Shown: positions 14,191 to 32,689 of the stretch, piece by piece
How the letters are laid out: each line of letters opens with the position of its first letter
Numbering within the stretch: the first letter of the stretch is position 1
Assembly (NCBI GenBank): GCA_964016885.1
Contig: OZ024743.1
Location: forward strand, 360,592,001-360,656,000
Source: Eledone cirrhosa
Lineage: Eukaryota
Direction: 5' to 3'
DNA: 64,000 bases
Notes under the pieces: generated by a model
Told to the model about the DNA's origin: nothing
Database searches by the model: none
Seen by the model: only the letters and a program-made list of their open reading frames with translations
Made by a program: the position numbers and the translations under genes

Positions 14191-14746
14191 ATATATTAGT
14201 GAGTGTACATATGCGTGCATGACCGCGTATGTACATGCATCTATGGATATAGGTATATTTTTTTGTGTGTGCGTGTGTGTGTAGGTATGTCTATGAATGT
14301 GTCTCTGTATGTACGTGTATAGGTGATATATGAGTATATGAAGGGCTCTGTATGTGAATACATGCTTTTCAGGTGAATATATGTATACATGTATGTAAAT
14401 CGCTACATGTCTTGTCTTTCATGGCCAAACTTTAGACGTCCCCCGCGCACAAATACACACACACTGACTGCTTGCGAAGGACACCGGCCCCTAAGTGTGA
14501 CCTGTAGCCTGGTGAACGCTTCAACCAAGTCTAGCAGTGGGAGGCAGGTCGACAGTCTTCCATGGATGAACGCATACGACAGCTTGACCGGATGAGAGAC
14601 AGACCTTACTCCTGGGATAGACTGATCATGATTATGAGATAATGAATCAATGAGCGGACGAATAATACCCCGCTGTTAGAATGCGGTGTATATATTTAAT
14701 AACTGGAGAATTTCACGCATAGAATTGGAGACGAGATCACATAGGA

Positions 14747-14806
14747 AACATATCTGATGATCTTTCGATTACAGAGTCAGGTTCGAGCTGAAACGTGTAA
14801 TATGTT
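14747..14806 (+). ncRNA. minimal type I hammerhead motif
   Basis: AACATAT-CTGATGA..GAAACGTGTA-ATATGTT; 7-bp stem I, weak stem II. Confidence 0.65.
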
Positions 14807-14859
14807 ATTAAATATGTTATGATGAAAAATTGAATCGTTGTTCCTCTATTTTTGCACAC

Positions 14860-14942
<83 letters not shown>

Positions 14943-15015
14943 AATGGTAGCTATGATGCTTCCATAGGCGGTATGCCAGTTGAGCACTCTATGTTCTTAC
15001 AGAGCAGAGTGTGAT

Positions 15016-15275
15016 ATAATATAAAACGAAAAATCAGTGATGTATCTGGACTGAGTTTATTGTGTGTTACAATTGTTTTGCCGGCAGATAGCTCGAGTCA
15101 AGATCATTGTATGGATCTGTCTGATTCTAGATCTGCAGATTCTTTGGACACATGCAGATCTAGAATCAGACAGATCAATACAATGATCGCGTCTCGAGCT
15201 ATCTGCCGGCGAAACAATTGTAACACACAATAAACTGAGTCCAAATGCATCACTGATTTTTCGTTTTATATTATA
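15016..15275. repeat. fold-back (~120-bp arms) carrying the 3' half of an HHR
   Basis: near-perfect inverted repeat centred ~15145; GAAACAATTGTA-ACACAC-AATAAA at 15211-15234. Confidence 0.8.
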
Positions 15276-15283
15276 TTATATAC

Positions 15284-15327
<44 letters not shown>

Positions 15328-15357
15328 AAAATGAAGTGCTGTGTGGCTGCACATGGG

Positions 15358-15462
<105 letters not shown>

Positions 15463-15479
15463 AGCAAATTATAAACGTT

Positions 15480-15786
15480 AACATGTAAGTATGATTTTGA
15501 AACGGTGCGTGAGTTTGAAATTAGAAATTAGAAATGATAAGCTTTCACCGTATTTTAGACTAAAGAAATTTCTAGACTGATAGTCGGGTTTATAACCCTC
15601 GGAGAAATGGAAAAAGATGAGCTTCATTTATATATAGCAGTAATAAACGAAGCTACATTTTAAACATTTCACTTTTTGAAACTTTATTTTACATTACTCG
15701 GGAGTGACCAAACAAACCTGCACAATTCGTCGAGTGCTCCAGCCTGCATACTGAGGTGTTGGTATACAACCAACATATACTCAAAA

Positions 15787-15817
<31 letters not shown>

Positions 15818-15922
15818 GTATATATATACATATATATATATATATGTACAGCAACACTCATCTTTTTCCATTTCTCCGAGGGTGATAAACCCCACTATCA
15901 GGCTAGAAATTTCTTTAGTCTA
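15480..15922 (+). mobile_element. PLE derivative with inverted 5' segment (family of 19280-19565)
   Basis: 15555-15622 inverted at 15857-15922; 15630-15790 is the reverse complement of 19280-19440. Confidence 0.7.
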
Positions 15923-15934
15923 CATATATATATA

Positions 15935-18809
<2,875 letters not shown>

Positions 18810-18864
18810 CGAAGGAAATGTGGTAAGGAACCAGGTGAGCTCAGCCGTCGGGGTCTTACTTGTT

Positions 18865-18919
<55 letters not shown>

Positions 18920-19008
18920 TTTCCTTATCTAACTATCAATCTATTTATCGACCGTCTCAGCAATAAGTGGTGAAGAAGAAGAAGAAGAACAAGAAGAAGA
19001 AGAAGAAG

Positions 19009-19046
<38 letters not shown>

Positions 19047-19120
19047 AAACAGATAGGTAGATAAATAGATTGATATTTAGATAAGGAAAGGATATATATA
19101 TATATATATATGTCTATATG

Positions 19121-19151
<31 letters not shown>

Positions 19152-19161
19152 TTCTATATAC

Positions 19162-19633
<472 letters not shown>

Positions 19634-19774
19634 GATTATGCACGAGTGCATTAATGTTTTCCAGGACACAGTGTTATGTACCGTGTAGTGGAATGTCAGC
19701 TTACAACAGAGTGGTGCTCAACGAAATGCAGAAAAAAGGTGTATATTCTAGTTTAGCTATATTCCGGGGCGTGT

Positions 19775-20019
19775 ATAAAGAATTAAAAAGAACAGAAAGA
19801 TGCAGTAAAAGAGATTTATTCGGTTCTTACGTACGTTTCAAAATAGACATCAATTTGCCTAGATCTCGCTACATCTATAATATTATATATTTAGTAGAGC
19901 ATTCGATATCCAATGCACAATCGATCCCATATCATCAAAGATCTAGGCAAATAGATGTCTATTGAAACGTACGTAAGAACCGAATAAATCTCTTTTACTG
20001 CATCTTTCTGTTCTTTTTA

Positions 20020-20027
<8 letters not shown>
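19775..20027. repeat. fold-back with 3' half of an HHR
   Basis: 19775-19865 inverted at 19940-20027; GAAACGTACGTA-AGAAC..AATAAA. Confidence 0.75.
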
Positions 20028-20072
<45 letters not shown>

Positions 20073-20105
20073 GTATATATACACACACATATATATATAT
20101 ATATA

Positions 20106-21666
20106 TCCTTTCCTTATCTAACTATCAATCTATTTATCTACCTATCTGTTTTTGTTGTTGTTGCTGTTCTTATTCTTCTTCTTCTACTTCTTGTTCTTCA
20201 TCAATTATTGCTGAGACGGTCATGGGCCCAGTTATTTTTGTCTCTCCTTCTAGAAGGGCCTATCAGACGCAACCGTCCCTAATTCATCCGACTGGATCCC
20301 AAGACGAGAGACAGGCAAATCACATGGATGTTATTCAAACCTCTTGCTAGGGATCTAACCCTCTGTCTCCTTTCGGTTAGTTTTCTCCGTAAATATATAT
20401 CCACATGCCCATAATATGGAAGTTGTGATGTTCCAATTCGCATTAGAAGCAACTTTACTTTGAGCGACTCTCTGATCTTTGAGCTACGCACTATAGAGTA
20501 ATGCTACTCCAAAGTTCCTTCGAAGAAACCCCATTTCGAACGCTTCTATTAACGATCGTATTCCTTCGGTCATTACCCAAGATTCCTGACCATGTGTTAT
20601 GGTTGGTATGAATAACGAATTAAAGTTAGCGAATGTCACTTTCACAACGTGGTCCCTTCTGATTACAGAATGGTGAATCTGGCAAATTACGGCACCAGAT
20701 CCTGCAATTCCTGCACTTAATGCGTTCCAATACTCATAAAGACAGACTCGAGTTACTTGAACTACTTCACCTGCTTCAGTGGAACTCAATTCACATGTAG
20801 AATGCACTAACCAGTCTTTCTTTAGAGGACATGTCTCTCAGTACTCGGCATCAAACCTATCAAGTGTATGCCGGAGATCACATCCGGACGAGTTAAGTAA
20901 TACTATGTTATCTACAAATTCCAGTACCTGATCCGACACCTGCCAGTCGTCATACCACTTCCAGCCTAACTGCACATATGAATCCAGTTCATGAAAATAA
21001 AGAACAGGGGAGGTGACATAATGCACCATTGGCGGAGTCCGACTACCACATTGAGAGGTTTGGATTTAACACCATTTATCCGAAAAACAATACTTGAGTT
21101 TTTAACGAGAGACTTCAAAGCAAGAAGACGGTCACAATCGAATCCATATTCCTGCAGAATGTTCTACATTTGGTCTCGTTGAACGCGGTCATATGACTTT
21201 TCTAGGCCTACAAAGCAAGAATACACCTTTTGGTAATACTTACACGATTTCTCGAATATCAGCTGCAGCGTTGCATCCGAAAATGGCTCTGATGCGTCAA
21301 AGTCGAAATCCACACTGTTCATTCGACTCGATAATATCCATACATCTCTTTTCCTGACTCTTAGCATGCACTTTACTGGGGAACCTCAACAAAGAGTTCC
21401 ATCTCTAAATAGAGGGATCTCCAATTTTGAAAATTGGCATTGCTGAAGTACCTTTCTGGAGATACAGGTCACCCAGCACAAACGAGTCAGCCAGAGAATA
21501 TTTTCTCCAACCAAATTTCCTTCTCCCCCGCGACCATGCCACATGTGAGCTCATTGATTGCACTTGTGATCTCAGGCCCCGAGAGATTAGTCATCGCTCT
21601 CAGATGCTCTTTGTGTACATCAGAAGATGTGGCTGTAATCGGATTTTGGAGATTCACAAAGTATTC

Positions 21667-21697
<31 letters not shown>

Positions 21698-22160
21698 ATG
21701 ATGGCCGGAGAAACGCATTTTGTTCAATCAAGCGGTCAGTGAGACCTACAAGACTTTCGCAGCTGAGACAGTAATGGCGTCTAAATTTAAGACATTGGAA
21801 GATTTGGAGTTAAGATACAATCTGACTTCAGATCAGCAAATAAAGTGTTCTGGCAGACCATACTCTGACTTTATAATAAGAAATCCTCCTCCACACCTGC
21901 TATGCTATCAGGCATGCGCCGGAAGTTCCCCTCTCTTCAGAGAGGTGCATCCTCATTAGGTGGAGAGAATACTTTGTGAATCTCCAAAATCCGATTACAG
22001 CCACATCTTCTGATGTACACAAAGAGCATCTGAGAGCGATGACTAATCTCTCGGGGGCTGAGATCACAAGTACAATCAATGAGCTTACATCAAGTACAAT
22101 CAATGAGATCACAAATACAATCAATGAGATCACAAATACAATCAATGAGCTCACATGTAT
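20106..22160 (-). mobile_element. decayed RTE-clade LINE with inverted 5' part
   Basis: minus: CFVGLEKSYDRV, FVDNIVLL, SQLPYYGHV, (GAA/CAA)n tail; plus 21700-22160: SANKVFWQTI, RWREYFVNLQNP. Confidence 0.8.
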
Positions 22161-25100
22161 ATTGAAAATTGTACAGTTAACAGCCCTTGACCCTTCCGAT
22201 AATATTCCTATTTAATATTTAATGAGTGACTCTGGTGCGGTATAAACGTTTATCATCATTCTTATGTGTAACCACTTTTTGCGCTCATAATTATTTGTTT
22301 CCGTTTCACTGCTCATGTTTGTGAATGGTCTGTCTCCTGAAATATCTCCTTTGAGCCGTCCAGATCTCGCTAAAATGTGGGTATATCCTTTAGTTATTGC
22401 TGGAATTATTTGTACATCTCACTTTCAAATACTGTCGCGTAAGAAGCCATCATGCAGAATTGATTAATAATGTCGATGATGGAATTGATATCAGATTTTA
22501 GTTTTCAACTGATATTTTCAACTGATATATATATATCAATATATATATACTTGCTCTAATTATTTGGTGCATTTTCTTTGTTAAGAAGCCACAAGATCTA
22601 TATGTCATGCAATTGGTTAAATTAGGTTACCTATGTCGGTACAATGTCACGAATAATTTTGATTTAATTTTACATATGTCAATCTATTGATATGAGATAT
22701 TGCATGATTGATTCCTGTAGCATATACTTTGATAATTATGGAAGTGTATATGCAGTGTAAACTACTTTGCACTGGGCCGGCTGGCACGTACAACTAAATA
22801 CTATAGGAACAATATTAAAGTCATCATTTGTTGCGAAAAAATAAAACAGAAACATTTTGTCAATTAATTCCACCAATTTATAAATCACAAACTATACAGA
22901 AATTAGGACATATATAGTACCAAGAACTACTTTAAATTAAAATGTTTAATTGATTTTGAATAAATTTGTGTCAGCACAGATAACAACAACAATAAATAAA
23001 AACAAACACAGCACAAAATTCAAACAACTATTTGTTAATAAAATAACGTAATAGTAAAATCTACTCGAACTCGTCTATATCAACTAACTGCCACCTCTGC
23101 ACAAAGGAGACCCTATTAATAATTACTAATTATGAAAACTTAATTAACAAAAAAAGTAAATTATTCTCAAACTGCCTTCATAAAGCTTTGTCTACATTCC
23201 AAGCCTCGCAAAAAGTCAGGAAAAAACACTAAACAAACAGGCTTTAATTTTTGACGTCTCTTATCAACTGTTGGACCTAAAACGTTATAACAGTTTATAA
23301 AACTTTAATAATACTTTATTTTCTAATCATTTATGATAGAATTAATGTTAGAATGAAGGATTCTGTTTAGGTATATAAACATATTATTTGGTAACTTGTT
23401 CTCTTGATAAATATGCACACCTTTGGATTATTTTAGATATTTATAATTTGGATCGGATCTTTATTTATTTGTCTCTGTTTTAAATATATAATTTGGATAT
23501 TTAACTTGTAAGATTACCGGTTATAATTGAAGCGTAGATCATTCATGCATTTATATATTTTACTCATTTTAGGTATTTTTGGGGGACTCAGAAAGTTAGA
23601 TTTGCACTTATATATTTTATATATATCTAGGTATAAATATAACAAACCATACTAGTCGACAAATATTGCTCTCTCTCTCCACTGAACTGGAGGTAAAACT
23701 ACAATTATAGCATTACTAATAATGATTATAATTATTTATTCATTACATGTCTATCGTTTCATTAATACCTATAATACTCTCTCTATATAGTTGTACAAAT
23801 ATGTTTATCTAGTGTAATAACATACTCGTAATTACATTTATAAATAATTTAGATACTCAAATGACTCTCTATTGTTATAAGTGTTAGATATTCCATGGAT
23901 GTTCGAAATTATATAATGATTATTACTTAATTTGATATAATTTAATTTATTTTAATTAAATTTAGATTACCTTCGGCTTTTTCAAATCTTTAGCTCCTCT
24001 TTCTATCACATTCGCTGGACATTTTAGAAGTATCTTTTGTCTACTATATATTAAAACCCTATTACATGTTAAACTATATTTTTAATATTGGTCATTTTTA
24101 AATTTCGCAAACAATTCATTATTTTTCACTTATTATTTTTATTTTGTATCTAGCCCTTATCCTTAGGACTCATGTAGTTTTAACTTATATATGTATAGTA
24201 TATATCAACTAAATGATCCTTTTACAATAATTGATATAAAAGATTAATTTTCTATTGTTGATATATTTATAGTATATATCAACTAAATGATCCTTTTACA
24301 ATAATTGATATAAAACATTAATTTTTGACAATATTTTCAGTAACTTATTTACTATATTGTATTATTGTATTATGCTATGTATATTTGAAAGGTATCACCT
24401 TCAGTCTTTAGACAATATAATCCTTGTATATTTTTTTGATTAACACATATATGTAATTTAAAATTCAGACTTCTTTAAGTTTAATTATAAGGCCTGTTGA
24501 TCCTTTAGGCACTCACATTTTTAATCATAAATTCTTTAATAATTATAACTGTAATTAATTTATAAATTATATTTTATAAACTGTTGTCAATATTATAAAT
24601 AATTTAAGTTTACCTTCGTGTGGTGGTAAAAACATTATGTTTTCTTTCTAGTGTTTGTAAATCCTTTACATTTGATTTCATAAAATTTGAATTTTAGAAA
24701 TTAAACTTAATAGTATACTTTAATATTAATACATATACCTATTAACTTGTAAAACCTAAAATATTATTCATTACACTGAACTAACTTAAATTAAATATTT
24801 TGAATATTAACGGTCAACCAAATAAGTTTAGATATATATTGTATATATGGATAATTGTCTATAAACTTGAACATAAATTATTCCCCTTTGTCTCTCTCTG
24901 TAATCAACTCTCTTTTGTCTTTCGAGGCACCTACTAACTATATTATCCCATCAGCTGTTTCTTCCTCTATGCTTTCCGTTCTTTCCTCTTTCTTCAGTAA
25001 TTTAAATTTTTTAAACAGTTATATTGATGCCAGTATTTTTTAAGCTGTCTCACACGCTCCCTCTCTATTGTATGTATTATATATTTTTCTCATATTCTCA

Positions 25101-25199
25101 ATATTAAGGTATATACATATTGAGTTTTGTCATATATTACTCACTACCATGACTGAATCTTAACCATCTACTATGTCAGGGTATGTCATGCATCATCTT

Positions 25200-25264
25200 A
25201 TTTTATCTGATGAGGACGTACTGTTGAACTTAACTCAGTACCTCTGAAATATGTATAATAAAAT
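25200..25264 (+). ncRNA. minimal type I hammerhead at the 3' end of an AT-rich PLE remnant
   Basis: ATTTTAT-CTGATGA-GGACGTACTG..CAGTACCTCT-GAAA-TATGTA-TA-ATAAAAT. Confidence 0.8.
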
Positions 25265-25402
25265 ATACTTGATCACAAGAATATCTATTTTGTTAATATT
25301 TTGAATTAATATTAATAACTCTGGAAAACCATCACTGTTGAGTGCTTCCAATCTATTGTAAAACTCATACTTCGATATACTCATTGAACCTTGTTTAACT
25401 TT

Positions 25403-25472
<70 letters not shown>

Positions 25473-25477
<5 letters not shown>

Positions 25478-25910
25478 ATATGAAATAAAAAATGGAAACT
25501 ATATTTATAAAACCATATTTATTCTATTATATATATTTCAAGGGTACCAAAAATGTTGGTACGCTTTCATCAGATAAAATACGAAGTGTGTTATAAATTT
25601 TGACATAACCAAGGAGAATATAACTTAACGGTTCAAGTTATCCTTGGATAGTAACTTGAACCGTTAAGCTATATTCTCCTTGGTTATGTCAAAATTTATA
25701 AAATACATTTCTTATTTTATCTGATGAAAGCGTACCAACATTTTTGGTACCCTTGAAATATATATAATAGAATAAATATGGTTTTATAAATATGTTTCCA
25801 TTTATTTAATATCATTGTGTATTATACTCCAGAAAACTGTTGAGTGCTCTGAAACAGTTATAAACATTTATATTTGATCAATTACCAACAAATTGAATAT
25901 TCCTTCTGCT
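25473..25910 (+). mobile_element. fold-back PLE derivative with two intact HHRs
   Basis: arms 25473-25640 and 25652-25818; HHRs 25521-25580 (-) and 25714-25773 (+); right arm extends ~90 bp. Confidence 0.85.
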
Positions 25911-27330
25911 TATATTTCCATAGTATGGATAACATTTAATACATCATTCAAAATACTTTAGTTGACATATTTTCCATAGTTTAATAATATAATAAGCATA
26001 ACATATATGATTCAGTAGTAGCATAATAGATATATTATACATACATCAATAGTTGAATTGATGCATATTACATATTTCAATAACATACGAGATATATCAT
26101 AGTATGATCTAAATATCAGGCTTGTCGTAGACAAGTATTCATTAAATTGAGAGAATTTTATGAACGAATGAGTGTCATATCTCTCTTCTTGAATTTAAAG
26201 GACGTACGGGTACCGACTATAGCATAAACATATCGACTGTATTTCTTCCATTATTGAGGCATCTCTCTAAAATAATCGTTTTCGGTGATTTCAAAGCGTA
26301 AACCATTTTTTTCTTCTGACAGTCTGCATATAGTGATTCGACCTATGTAGAAACTGCTTCTTTCGCAGTTCTCAACTCTTTGCATTACTTAGTCTTAAAT
26401 ATTTGATCAATTTCTTACCTCCAAGCCAACCTGTAATAAACCATTTCTCCACCTTTACCTATAAGGTTGTCTCACAATTGCTTTAGCGTAATAAAACACC
26501 ATACATTCTGGAGGTTATAAAAGATATCCCACACATCAGCCTTTATGGCTCTTCAAAAAAATAAAAAAAGAATTCAAATCAATTGATGATAGGTAGCTTT
26601 TATACATTTAAGGATTTTACAGAATAATATTAACTAGACCACCCATGACCAGTTGGGTCACCTTAACCTCAAAATACTTTTTTAAAATCATGTTCACTTA
26701 AAGATAATATTTAGATATTTAGAATATACACAGACATGTATATAATGTTCATTTAATATTTAGTAGACTAACTACAGGGTTATGAATCGCATTAAATAAA
26801 ATTATGTCCAATATGCGATTCAAAAATCTAACATGAACATGTTAGTTTATTTATTAAAGCGACAGAATAATATTGATTTATTGCAATTATACTATGATAT
26901 CATTCTACTCTACCTAATGAAGTTTCCAATTTTGATCTTGCTGTCTCACAGATAAAAGAAATAAATAGCATTAAGAGTTCACGATATTCAGCTGTATCAC
27001 AGTAACTTTCCATTGTAATGACATGCAATATTTTATCCGATAACTATCATCTAAAAGACAGTAGTAAAGGAATTACTATGATGAATAATATTTAAAATAA
27101 TTGCAAGACGCAAATAGTAATTAAAGCGATATCAAAGAATATTGAAATGAATAGTTAATTTTATGCAGTAAATAAACTATTTAAACTAATTAGAACTGTC
27201 ATCATTTAAAATGTGTTTAAATGTGTCTGCAATAATTTTTATTCGCTCGAAAACTTCACCTGTAACTCGTTTTGCAAGTTGAAACACTTGCCATTATTTA
27301 AATTAGTTGAGTGCGCTTCATTAATGCTTA

Positions 27331-27765
27331 CTAGCAGAAAAACCACCGTTCGGGTGGTTTTCTGCTAGCATGTGTAGTGTGTATATTGATATTTTACGCA
27401 AGTATATATGCATGTAGATATGATACATCTAATAAAATCGTAATTGACATCATACACAGAAATTGAACGAAGACTGCGTTACCATGTCTGACGTAATCAG
27501 TAACGTAATCCGTTGACGGACATATAAGACTGTTTATTTAAGCGATCGCTAACCGGAAGTGTTGACATTTGAAAATCTTAAAGAAGTGAATCTTAAAATA
27601 CGCGACAAAATGATTTATATTTAATCAAGAATAACGAAATTTAGTAGATAAATGATGTAATATTCATTAATAATTTATTCAAAGTAATCCAACTTATTTT
27701 ACAAACGGGACAAAAGAATATATTCTGGACGCAGTCCCGCAAGCCTTACTTTATTCTAGTTTAGA
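27331..27765 (-). mobile_element. probable non-autonomous Helitron
   Basis: A|TC 5' end at 27765; CCACC/GGTGG hairpin then CTAG|T 3' end at 27331. Confidence 0.5.
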
Positions 27766-27854
27766 TTCACTCCATCATGGATATGAAATATAGACGAGTG
27801 AAAAGACCTTAGCGCAAATCAACTAGGTCACAGGTTTCTCCGTTTTATTTTACA

Positions 27855-28409
27855 CTAGCAGTGGTACCTGGCGTTGCACGCGATACGGTATCTTGGAACG
27901 CGGACCACCAACAGACCTAATCATGGAAACACTGCATGCCTGGACAATATGCAAAGAAAATAAATCGAATACTCTGATGGCTGGATAATCTTTAAGATTT
28001 TCCTTGATGAAGCAGGAAAAATGCAGGTTTTCACCTAATGCGGGCCCTAGGGGATCAAGAAAATGAATTTCCTGTATGTGCATAATATGCCTTGAAATTT
28101 CGGTAAAATCGGCTAGACGTAACGCCTCGAAAAAGCTCTAAAAAGCTGAAAGAATGAAGTTGTTCACCTAATGCGGGCCCTAGGCCATAAAAGAGTTGGA
28201 TTTTCTTTGTTCATGGTATGAAGAAGAGACTGGCTAATACATAGTTACAATTTCAAGGAAATCGGTCTGACGTAGGTTTTCACCTAATGCGTAAGTAATA
28301 CACATGTACAGTTTGAAAAATTTCGGTTGGGTACTTCTAGAGTTTTAGGGATTCAAACTCACACACACACACACACACAGACAGACATCCTCAGTATTAT
28401 ATATATAGA
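27855..28409 (-). mobile_element. non-autonomous Helitron
   Basis: 5' TCTATATATATAA, 3' GC-rich subterminal segment + CTAG, A|T target, no TSD; internal TTCACCTAATGCG x3. Confidence 0.8.
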
Positions 28410-28682
28410 TTAGCGTAGGAGTAATCTCCTTAGAGAGTAATCTCCGATAAAATATCTGAACTGTAGCCCTATAGATATTTTATTGTTTTATTAAAAAGTA
28501 CTTTAGCAGACACTGCATGAATTCTAGCAACATATGTATTGGTTCTACCTTCTGGGGGATATGAATTGCAAGACTCATTCTAAGGCTTGACCAATTCCTG
28601 CACATGTAGATGTAATTCTAGCTATAAAATACCATTCTTCTTCACCTGCTCATCAACATACCTCAGCTTAGATTACAGAATT

Positions 28683-28747
<65 letters not shown>

Positions 28748-28799
28748 ATATATATTTTTATATATACTTATATAATTATATATATATATATATATATAA

Positions 28800-31320
28800 T
28801 ACTTGGGAACTTCATTAAAGAATATACCAATACCTTCTAAGGCTGAATTCTTACTTCTTATGATACAAAAAAAAAAACAACCAATGAAAGGGAGAGATGG
28901 AGGGCCTACCACTTTGATAAAAAAACAAAATGTGCTGATGAGAAATATTTATATGATTTCACTACATATAAGAACCCTCCACACAACTCCTTGCTTGAAA
29001 ACTTCGAGAAAGACTTCGAGAAAGATTAACTTAATGAAACACCTCAAATTTAAGAAATATAAATCTAATTTTCAAAAGGATCTTGATTCTACCCTATTGC
29101 ATCTAAAAAACCTAACACAATCCATGTCCACTATGACAAAGCTGGAAATCTGTACCACATGGATATTGATAATTACAATGAGTTCATTTATAAAGAACTC
29201 AGGAAAAATTATAAAAAAACAAATAATGCGGCACTTACCAATATCAACAACAAAACACACAACATAGTAAATAAATTCAATATTGAAGAAAGAACTGAAC
29301 CTTTGGCACTGAAAAAAACCACACTTTAACCTGAAAGATCACAAATCTAATTTTAACTCTAATCCTTCTATAAGACTTATATGCCCTTCCAAATCAGACA
29401 TTGGCATCATTAGTAAACAAATTTAGATAGAGTCATCCCACAATTAAGAAGAAACGTTAATTTACCACTCATGGAAATCACATCCCAAGTAATTAACTGG
29501 TTTACTAATATTAGAAATAAATCATCTGCTTCATTTCTACAATTCGATATTATGCTTATTATCCCTCTATATCGCCCATACTCCTGAACAAAGCCTTGAT
29601 ATTTGCCAAAAATAGATCAAACTTAACTATGGATGACATTAATATTATCACGCACGCTAGACAAAACTACTGGAATTTCAGAAAGAATACTGGACCAGAA
29701 ATACATATAGTAATCTATTCGGCTCTAGTGATTCTGCCCAAATTACCGATCTTGTGGGCCTCTTTCTTCTATTTAACATAAATGCTTCTTTTCCCCACCT
29801 TAAAGGTGGTTTATATCGTGATGACTGTCTTCTTCTTTCCACCAACCTTAGCCTATCAGAAATTGAAAAAAATAAAAAACTTAGAACTTTCCTCAAAGAC
29901 TATTATAGTCTCACTATTACATTTGAAAACACCAGTAAAGTAGTTAATTTCCTTGACATAACTTTAGACTTATCTACGGGTATCTACCAACCTTACCATA
30001 AACCTAACTAAAACTTACATTACATACACTCACAATCCAATCACCCTAGATCTATCCTTAAAAATCTGGCATATAATATCTCACTCAGAATTTCGAACCT
30101 TTCATCTAACCAGGATATATTCGATAAAAATGCGACCTTTTATAACGAAGCTTTAGCTATAAGTGGCCACAAAAACAAATTAGTCTATATAGCTTGTACC
30201 AATAACACTACAAACATACAACCCAATATTACCAACAAACACCAAATGAAAATTACACACCTAAATGCCACTCACACTATACCCCAAAATACCAACTTAA
30301 AACTTAATTTCTCTACCTCTTCTCACATACAATATAATAACTTTCAAAAAACCATTCATCCTAATACTCCAATATATGTTAATACCATTACTAACAAAAT
30401 TCCTAATAATCAGACTAAAACACCTAAATCAATGAATCTAACTAAACATATATACAATAAATTCACTAATACTGACTCTCTTAGTAAACATCAGGATACA
30501 TCGTATAAAAATAAAAATCAGCATCGAAACCGTAATAGACGAGTTACTTGGTATAATGCTCCATTTAATCTACAAATTAAAGATAATATCCCTAAAAGAT
30601 ATTTTACTATCCTAGAGAAAACTTTCCGCCAAGCCATAAATACCATCACATTTTAAATAGATCAACGGTCAAATTTTCCAACTCCACTGCCAAAAATATA
30701 CAACAAAATCTAAGTGCCTACAATGCATATAAATGTAAATAAACCATGAATATACCACCAACACATCAAACTAACCATAATACTTAAATAAACCGCAGCA
30801 AACCATCATCTCCTTCACATACAACACGTCAAGTAAATTCCACACCAAATTTGACTAACTCCCCTGATATAATATTCACGAATGGTTGTAACTGTAGAAA
30901 CAAACAAATTGCCCATTAAAAGGAAATTGCCTTATTAATATTATAGTATATAAATGTAAAATTTGCACTAAGGACTCAACTTATTCATATATAGGAGCTA
31001 CTTCTAACCAATTTTAAGTAAGATTTAATACCCACAAACAGTTTTTAAAATGCCGCATTAGCTAATACAACATCCTTGGCTGATATAATTAATAATTATG
31101 GAAAAAAGAATATCGATTATAACCTGACCTGGAATGCGCTCAAAAGGGCGACCCCTTATCAAAATAACTGATATGAGTGTAGATTATGTTCCCAGGAACT
31201 TTTTGAAATAATGAAATCTAAGGATATCCTATTAAATAAGCGACAAGAATTAATTATATCGTGCAATCATAGAATTAGAGGAACTTTCAAATATTATAAA
31301 CCTAATTAACATACACTTTT
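28800..31320 (+). mobile_element. decayed Hydra-type PLE (RT + GIY-YIG)
   Basis: SLKNIPIPSK, LKDHKSNF, FLQFDI, GGLYRDDCLL, NFLDITLDL, VTWYNAPF, CNCR..CPLKGNCL, YIGAT, CRLC..CNH; many frameshifts. Confidence 0.9.
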
Positions 31321-32656
31321 ATTTTACAAATTATTATGATTGGTTTTGTTTAATTTAGTTAACCTATAATTAGTATTTTACTACTGAGAACTTCATAATT
31401 TTATTTTCCCTTTTACAGCTATCTTTTCCTAAAATTAATACCTATAAGTATACATATAAACTATTTTAATTTCCTGTTATGAATCTAAATTCCTTGTAGT
31501 CTATATAAGTTTATTATTTCTCACTAATACATTTATCCCCCCCCCCAATTTTTTTTCCTTCGTTTTTAACAACATCTAACATTCTTTAATAACATCTAAC
31601 TCTTATTTATCACATGTATATGATTAATATAAATTTATCCCTATAAGTATACCTATCAATTAAATTAATTTAATTTCTTTTTATAGATCTAAATTCCTTA
31701 TGTTTTTTATAAGATTGGTATTTCTTACTAACCCATTTATCCTAAAATGTTATTCTCCTTCGATTTTAACATTATCATTATTCTTTAATAACATCAAAAT
31801 TTCGTGTACCTTTCACCGGCTTCACCTCTTTTCATCCCCCAAATTTTTACATAGATCTATATGATATACATACCAACACACACATATATATCCTAGAAAC
31901 GATCGTAAAATGATGAATTTGTTAATATAAGGAACTGTTTCTTTGTTTTTAATCATTGTTTTTATTAATCTATATATATATATATATATATAATGATATG
32001 AAACGAAAGGAGCTGTGTAGTTACTAAAAACAAGATTTAGGATGGCGGTTAGGACGGAACAAGAGGAAAAAGGAAGAAAGGAGACTCCTTCGTCATCTGT
32101 AAATGTTTCCCGATCCAATGTTTCGGCGTTGAATTACAGAACATCGTTGGAGTATGGGAGCGCCCGAGGCCTTTTATAATCAAAAGGCCAGGCGGAAAAG
32201 GGGAGAAAAAGAGAGAAAAAGGGGAGAAAAAAGGCGGAAAAAAGAAAAGAGAGGGAAAAGAGAAAGAACATGTAGGTGGAGGGAGAAGGGAAAAGGGAGA
32301 AACAATAGAAAAAGAATAGGAGAAAAAAGTGAACAGGTCCCATCGTGTGAAGACACAGGTTTAAGAAACATGCAAATGAGTAACCGTGGAAAACAGGGAA
32401 AGTAAGTTATGGCCAGCCTGAGAGGCTTTAGCCTGGTGCTCAGCTACGACTCAGAGCAGATATATGTGTGTGTGTGTGTTAACATTAATCTCATTCATAT
32501 ATTCTTAAATATCTCCACCTTATTTCGATGTAAAACAAATATGATTACAGCCTATGTCAACATTCTGACAGTTAAAAAACTGTTTGTAAGTAATTAAATC
32601 TGCCCATATGTAGTGGAATAGAACACACTCACTAAATGTACAGTGCTACCGCTGGA

Positions 32657-32689
<33 letters not shown>

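Noticed and set aside
22066-22158. Short direct-repeat array resembling CRISPR
   Set aside because: Tandem units without unique spacers, inside an RTE, eukaryotic context
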